From IMG/VR virus record IMGVR_UViG_3300032155_000020, positions 1 to 48,387 of that record: a DNA stretch of 48,387 nucleotides; one strand, written 5' to 3'. The notes under the pieces were generated by a model. That model searched no databases. It was not told the origin of the DNA and was given only the letters and a program-made list of their open reading frames with translations. The translations under genes were made by a program, and so were the position numbers. This document shows positions 43,971 to 48,387 of the stretch, piece after piece. The first letter of the stretch is position 1; every line of letters begins with the position of its first letter. This DNA is from a virus. Taxonomy: Duplodnaviria > Caudoviricetes.

Positions 43971-44569
43971 GCAGACGCGCAAAACAACGCACGGCCTTGC
44001 TTGAGCTTGCCGCCAAAGCCCCGACCGACAGGGAACTCATATGGGCGGCCATGCGCCAACTCAAAGAATTCTCGCAACGGGATATCGCGCTGCTTTCCCG
44101 CTGCTGCCGGAGCAAGGTTCAGGATTATCTGAAAGGGTTGACCAGGGCGGGACTTGTCCAGCGGCTCAATCCTGAAGCCAAGCTGGCTGAAGAAGCTGGT
44201 TACAAGCTGCTGAAGGACACGGGCATTGAAGCGCCGCGTGTGCGCAAGGACGGCACATTGCTCCCGGCCAGCGGGCGTAACCGCATGTGGAAAGTCATGC
44301 AGGTTCTCAAGGTGTTTACTGAAGAGGAACTGGTGGACACCGCCAGCCTGCCTGAAGCCCCTATAGCTTTGGGTGAGGCCGTGACCTACTGCCGCTGGCT
44401 TGCGCGTGGCGGTTACCTCAAGGCCCGGCAGGACGGCGGCTGGAAGATGGTTCCGGCCAAGTACACCGGGGTTAAAGCCCCTCAGATACTGCGCGTGAAA
44501 AAGCTGTTTGACCCGAACCTTGGCATTGTCGTCTATGAGGGGCAGCAGAAAGGCAGCGACGACGAATGA
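43967..44569 (+). CDS. Mu-like tandem winged-helix protein
   Basis: IWAAMR...YLKGL.RAG and MWKVM...L.RGGYL repeats; TG..AP; FDPN. Confidence 0.75.
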   Translation: MSRRAKQRTALLELAAKAPTDRELIWAAMRQLKEFSQRDIALLSRCCRSKVQDYLKGLTRAGLVQRLNPEAKLAEEAGYKLLKDTGIEAPRVRKDGTLLPASGRNRMWKVMQVLKVFTEEELVDTASLPEAPIALGEAVTYCRWLARGGYLKARQDGGWKMVPAKYTGVKAPQILRVKKLFDPNLGIVVYEGQQKGSDDE

Positions 44570-44655
44570 GCGCCCGCCCGGAACATGCCGTTCAGGCGTT
44601 CAGTAAACAGCCTGTAAACGGCTCAAAAACGATAACAACGAAACGGGAGGCTGGT

Positions 44656-45564
44656 ATGGCCATCATCCTGCAATTCCCCACACAATACCCTCCGCATCAG
44701 TGGTATGTCCGGCAAAAAATAGCCCGACTGTCGAAAGAACTGAATATGGATTTGGAGTCTTTCCCCTGGGAAAAGATTGACCCGGAATTCACGGCGTCCT
44801 GGTATGAGCTGTCTGACGTGACCCTGCACAGAATCCTGAACGCTCTGTATACGCAACGGTTGGAGAAACAGTACGCCAGGATTTGCCAGCGCAAGGCTGC
44901 TCAGTGGAAGGAAGCACAGCCGCCAGTGCAACCACCTCGGCGGGCGGTCATCATTCCTTTCCCCACGCCGCCTGAAGCTCTGGCCCGTATGCGGGAACGT
45001 GCCGCTTTGCAGCAACAACAAAAGACACGGGCTAAAGCAGCGGACAAGGCCGTTAAAGCTGCTCCGAAAGAATCCGTGGAACGCACCATCCATAAAAAGA
45101 TGCTGGCCAAGGTGCATATCGCCGTAAACGACTTGAAGCGCATGCTCCCTGAATTCAACGATGAAACCTACCGCTTCATTCTGGAAATGAAATTTGACGT
45201 TTCCAGCTCTAAAGATTTGACCAGCGCCCAGTTGCATGAGCTGCTGCTGCACTTTCAAAACCTTGGCTGGCAACAAAAGCAATCGGGAACAACCCATAGC
45301 CGTAAAAGGAAAGACGTTCCACTGCTGGCCCATGACCCCACTGGCCTTGGCCGGGAAGCGCAAATGCGGAAAATACAGGCGCTTCTTCTGGAAAAGGGAA
45401 ACGTGGAAGGCCGGGAAGTCAGTATGAATTACGCCCTGAGCATCCTCAAGCGCCAGACCGGCGGCACGGTTACCTCTTTTGAAGATGCTCTTCCCAAGCA
45501 GTTGCAAGGGGTAATCGCCGCTCTGAGCCAGGACGCCATACGCAAAGGGAGGCGGACGAAATGA
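44656..45564 (+). CDS. GemA/Gp16-family protein with N-terminal extension (alternative start 44566)
   Basis: GGGAGG RBS; C-half LAKVHIA...DETYR.IL...SSKDLT..QL..LL..F..LGW...KIQALL. Confidence 0.8.
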   Translation: MAIILQFPTQYPPHQWYVRQKIARLSKELNMDLESFPWEKIDPEFTASWYELSDVTLHRILNALYTQRLEKQYARICQRKAAQWKEAQPPVQPPRRAVIIPFPTPPEALARMRERAALQQQQKTRAKAADKAVKAAPKESVERTIHKKMLAKVHIAVNDLKRMLPEFNDETYRFILEMKFDVSSSKDLTSAQLHELLLHFQNLGWQQKQSGTTHSRKRKDVPLLAHDPTGLGREAQMRKIQALLLEKGNVEGREVSMNYALSILKRQTGGTVTSFEDALPKQLQGVIAALSQDAIRKGRRTK

Positions 45565-45944
45565 GCGAACACCTGTACGCGGAATGGCCGCAAGGCCTGA
45601 AGGATATTGCGGATACCGCTTCTCCGGAAGTGGCGCTGGCTCTGGCGGAAGAATTCGGCGGTGTGCCCATCTATATTCCCAAGTCACCCGACGCCGGTTG
45701 CAAGCTGGTGCCGCTCATCGGCCTGAGTGCTCTGAAGCGGCTGGCCAGCGTTTACGGCGGAGAATGGATTACCGTGCCGCGTGGCTCACGCGCAAAGGAC
45801 AAGAAAAAGGATGTGCGCGAGTTGCTTGATGATGGTCTTTCCTTCAGGGAAACCGCCATCCGGGCGAAGGTCAGCCTTAGGTACGTTGCAAAGGTTGCCG
45901 CCCAAGTGAAAGCAAACCCGCAGCAGCTTACTCTTCCTCTGTAG
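45561..45944 (+). CDS. Mor/C-family transcription activator
   Basis: ALALAEEFGGVPIYIPK...YGGEWITVP plus C-terminal HTH. Confidence 0.8.
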   Translation: MSEHLYAEWPQGLKDIADTASPEVALALAEEFGGVPIYIPKSPDAGCKLVPLIGLSALKRLASVYGGEWITVPRGSRAKDKKKDVRELLDDGLSFRETAIRAKVSLRYVAKVAAQVKANPQQLTLPL

Positions 45945-46081
45945 GCATGGCCTTGAACTGGTTCAATATGCCATAAACTTTCAAGGCGAAGTAGTATGCA
46001 ACTACTTCGCCTCTCATGTTTCAAAAAGGTGTGACCGCTTTACAGGAATCAAACAACAGCAACACCCGGACAAATATATCT

Positions 46082-46381
46082 ATGAGGATTGAAACAGCAC
46101 ATATGGGAACAATTCTCCATAACGCAAATGTCGAACTGCGTCTGTGCAAGGTGTGCCATGAGCACAAAGCCGTTTCTAAGTTCCGGGTTGGTCATGGTGG
46201 AAGGCTGAAAAGCATATGTGATGGCTGTACGGAAGCCATTATCTCAGCGGCGCTTGGCGATGGAATCCGCCGGTGCGCCACATGCGGACGCCTTACCGCC
46301 AATTATCGCTGTTCCGCCTGCTGGCGGACGATACGCGGCGATAGCGATTCAAACGGGCTTGACCCGAACTACCTGCCATAA
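46082..46381 (+). CDS. Zn-binding hypothetical protein (four CxxC; start uncertain)
   Basis: CKVC, CDGC, CATC, CSAC. Confidence 0.55.
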   Translation: MRIETAHMGTILHNANVELRLCKVCHEHKAVSKFRVGHGGRLKSICDGCTEAIISAALGDGIRRCATCGRLTANYRCSACWRTIRGDSDSNGLDPNYLP

Positions 46382-46399
46382 AGGCATATGGAGTGTTTT

Positions 46400-46810
46400 A
46401 TGGATTGGTTCAACCACGCAGAGGGCATAAGGATACTTGGGCAGGAAAAGGCCGCTAAGCTTTTTGATGCGTTTGGCGGTTGCAGAATTTACGTACCGCA
46501 AAAACCCAAGGCAAAACACAAGATTGCTGAAGCTGTGGGCTTCATTGGCATGGCAGCGTTATGTAAAGAATACGGCCAGTCATATATCGAACTTGCTCAA
46601 GCGAACAAACCGACCACCAAGAAAGAGCATGTCCTTGCTTTGCTTGAGCAGGGCGGGAAAACGCAATGCGCGATTGCCGCTGAAGCAGGAGTTTCCCGGC
46701 GCTATGTGACAATGGTTGTGGCAATGCTCAGAGAGCCCAGTTCTTCGTCCAAAGGTCCGAAGTCCGTGAGCGGCCTCACTCGTCGGTATAGCTCATCTTC
46801 AGATTTCTAA
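46400..46810 (+). CDS. Second Mor/C-family activator
   Basis: KLFDAFGGCRIYVPQ...LCKEYG plus HTH IAAEAGVSRRYV. Confidence 0.78.
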   Translation: MDWFNHAEGIRILGQEKAAKLFDAFGGCRIYVPQKPKAKHKIAEAVGFIGMAALCKEYGQSYIELAQANKPTTKKEHVLALLEQGGKTQCAIAAEAGVSRRYVTMVVAMLREPSSSSKGPKSVSGLTRRYSSSSDF

Positions 46811-46932
46811 TCTTCTTTGGGGTAGGGGCTCCCAAGGGAGGCCGTGCGGCGTCATAGAGCGTCGGAGCGTCGTGTAGAGCGCCTGAACGCCCGACGCCGC
46901 ACGGTTTGTTTACCCGCCATACTGAGGAACGT

Positions 46933-47082
46933 ATGCACACAGAAAAAGATCTCACTGCGAAGAAGTGGGCCGAGTGCTACCAGAAACCGGAAGCTCAAAA
47001 GCGGCGGGCTGAACAGCGGCTGACCCTTTTGGGGAAACCGCCTGTAAACAGCGGACGCAAAAAGGAGCCATGCCATGCTTGA
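46933..47082 (+). CDS. Small hypothetical protein (49 aa)
   Basis: Read manually; GAGGA RBS; stop overlaps the next start. Confidence 0.35.
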   Translation: MHTEKDLTAKKWAECYQKPEAQKRRAEQRLTLLGKPPVNSGRKKEPCHA

Positions 47083-47575
47083 ATTTAATTTTCTGGAAGA
47101 CCCCAAGGCCCGTGAAGCCCTGCGCAAATTCCCGGAGCGCTTCGGCGCTGAAGTCTTTCAGGCAATGGATGAAATTGCGGAAAGGCTGACTACGGAAGTG
47201 AAAAACAATCTGGATGATCACAAAGGGGTGGGCGGCGCTTCCGGGCTGCTGGGAAGTGTTCACCCCATAAAACCCTATCACGACGGCACAGGGTATGCCG
47301 CCGGAGTGGGCACCAGCCTGCCTTATGCCGTGCCGGTGGAACTGGGCACGCGCCCGCATTTTCCCCCGGTGCAAGCGTTGGAGGATTGGGTTAAAGCGAA
47401 AATTAGTCAAGACCCAAAGGAAATACCCGGCATAGCCTTTTGCGTGGCGCGCAAAATCTCCCTGGACGGCACCAAAGGCGTGTTCATGTTCCGTGACGCC
47501 AGGGACAAGCTTGCGCCCTGGATTAAGGAACGTCTTGAACAGGCTGTCAAACGCACCTTGGATGAAGCCGAATGA
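47075..47575 (+). CDS. HK97 gp10-family virion protein
   Basis: GVGTSLPYAVPVELGTRPHFPP...WV...I...GTKG.FMF. Confidence 0.8.
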   Translation: MLEFNFLEDPKAREALRKFPERFGAEVFQAMDEIAERLTTEVKNNLDDHKGVGGASGLLGSVHPIKPYHDGTGYAAGVGTSLPYAVPVELGTRPHFPPVQALEDWVKAKISQDPKEIPGIAFCVARKISLDGTKGVFMFRDARDKLAPWIKERLEQAVKRTLDEAE

Positions 47576-48387
47576 CACCCGAACAACGCTTTCACGCCTT
47601 CATGCGTGAGCAAATCAAACAGGCAAATGCTTGGAATGCCGAGCGCCGGGCCGGGGCCGGGGAGGTCATGCGCATACTTGGTCGGACTGAAGCCAAAGTA
47701 CAGGGCATTTTAAAGAACTCTCCCTCAGAATGGCAAGCCTACCATTACCCGCAATTGAAGCGTGCTCTGGAAAAGGTAATGGAGGAATGCGCCTTGGAAT
47801 TGAAAGCGGCTGCCGAGCTGCACCAGGGCCGGGCCGTTGCCCTCGGGCAGGCGGCGACTGCCGAGCCTTTGCTGGCTGCCGGATTTCAAACGGGCACGCT
47901 GCATATTGATACCCGCCAGTTGAGCGCCATGCGTAGCTTTATGACTGGCCGCATGGAAAATGTGGCCGCCCGCGCCGTGACAAAAATTAATGATCAGATG
48001 GGCCTTGTCATGACCGGGGCGCAATCGCAGACAGATGCAATCAATCACATAAGCATACTGCTTCAAGGTGACAGGGGCCGGGCGTTGACCATCATGCGCA
48101 CCGAAGTTGGCCGGGCCTATTCCGTGGCCGCGCAAGAGAGCATGGAAGTTTCCAGCCAGATTAACAAGGCCATGCAAAAACAATGGCACAAAAGCGGAAA
48201 GATGTATGGGCGCTCGTCACACATAAAGGCGCATTTGCAATTGCGGGCAGTGAATGAACCCTTTGAGGTGGGCGGGGAAAAATTGATGTACCCGCGTGAT
48301 CCCAAGGCCAGCATCGAGAATACCATCAACTGCGGGTGTGACATGCGCTCTTTCATGGCTTCATGGGAAACGCCGCCCAAGCCCTGA
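47572..48387 (+). CDS. Phage minor head / head morphogenesis protein (Mu gpF / SPP1 gp7-like)
   Basis: RALTIMRTEVGRA, KQW, R.SH, LMYPRDP...TINCGC. Confidence 0.85.
   Translation: MTPEQRFHAFMREQIKQANAWNAERRAGAGEVMRILGRTEAKVQGILKNSPSEWQAYHYPQLKRALEKVMEECALELKAAAELHQGRAVALGQAATAEPLLAAGFQTGTLHIDTRQLSAMRSFMTGRMENVAARAVTKINDQMGLVMTGAQSQTDAINHISILLQGDRGRALTIMRTEVGRAYSVAAQESMEVSSQINKAMQKQWHKSGKMYGRSSHIKAHLQLRAVNEPFEVGGEKLMYPRDPKASIENTINCGCDMRSFMASWETPPKP

Larger units (their letters stand above)
39121..48387. mobile_element. Mu-like transposable prophage or derivative (left part; left end approximate)
   Basis: Repressor / ner-like / transposase A / B ATPase / gemA / mor order; visibly lower GC than the P2-like prophage. 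Confidence 0.85.

Overview
The window holds two adjacent phage-derived elements. (1) About 1-39,050 is a GC-rich, apparently near-complete P2/HP1-K139-type myovirus prophage. It carries a tyrosine integrase, xis, a small repressor and cro/CII switch, a Zn-finger/Toprim primase-helicase followed by a putative iteron origin, an ~8 kb accessory hotspot, Ogr, head genes Q-P-O-N-M-L, HP1-type tail, lysis and baseplate genes, and a right-end accessory region. (2) About 39,120-48,387 is a less GC-rich Mu-like transposable element (repressor, Ner-like, DDE transposase, MuB-like ATPase, GemA, two Mor-like activators) that jumps straight to two virion-morphogenesis genes. The main highlight is two paralogous C4/CI-type antisense-RNA switches (12.5-12.8 kb and 37.1-37.4 kb). 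Their a/b recognition boxes covary so they look orthogonal, and each gates a member of the same unrecognised helical protein family. Other highlights: an AbiF/Abi_2 HEPN gene with a structured upstream RNA (candidate RNA antitoxin), a RexAB-like two-gene cassette bounded by identical 38-bp hairpin repeats, a free-standing copy of the helicase C-terminal domain beside the origin, and four toxin-antitoxin loci. All family calls are from recognised motifs and synteny; no database search was run. attL is outside the window and attR was not located.
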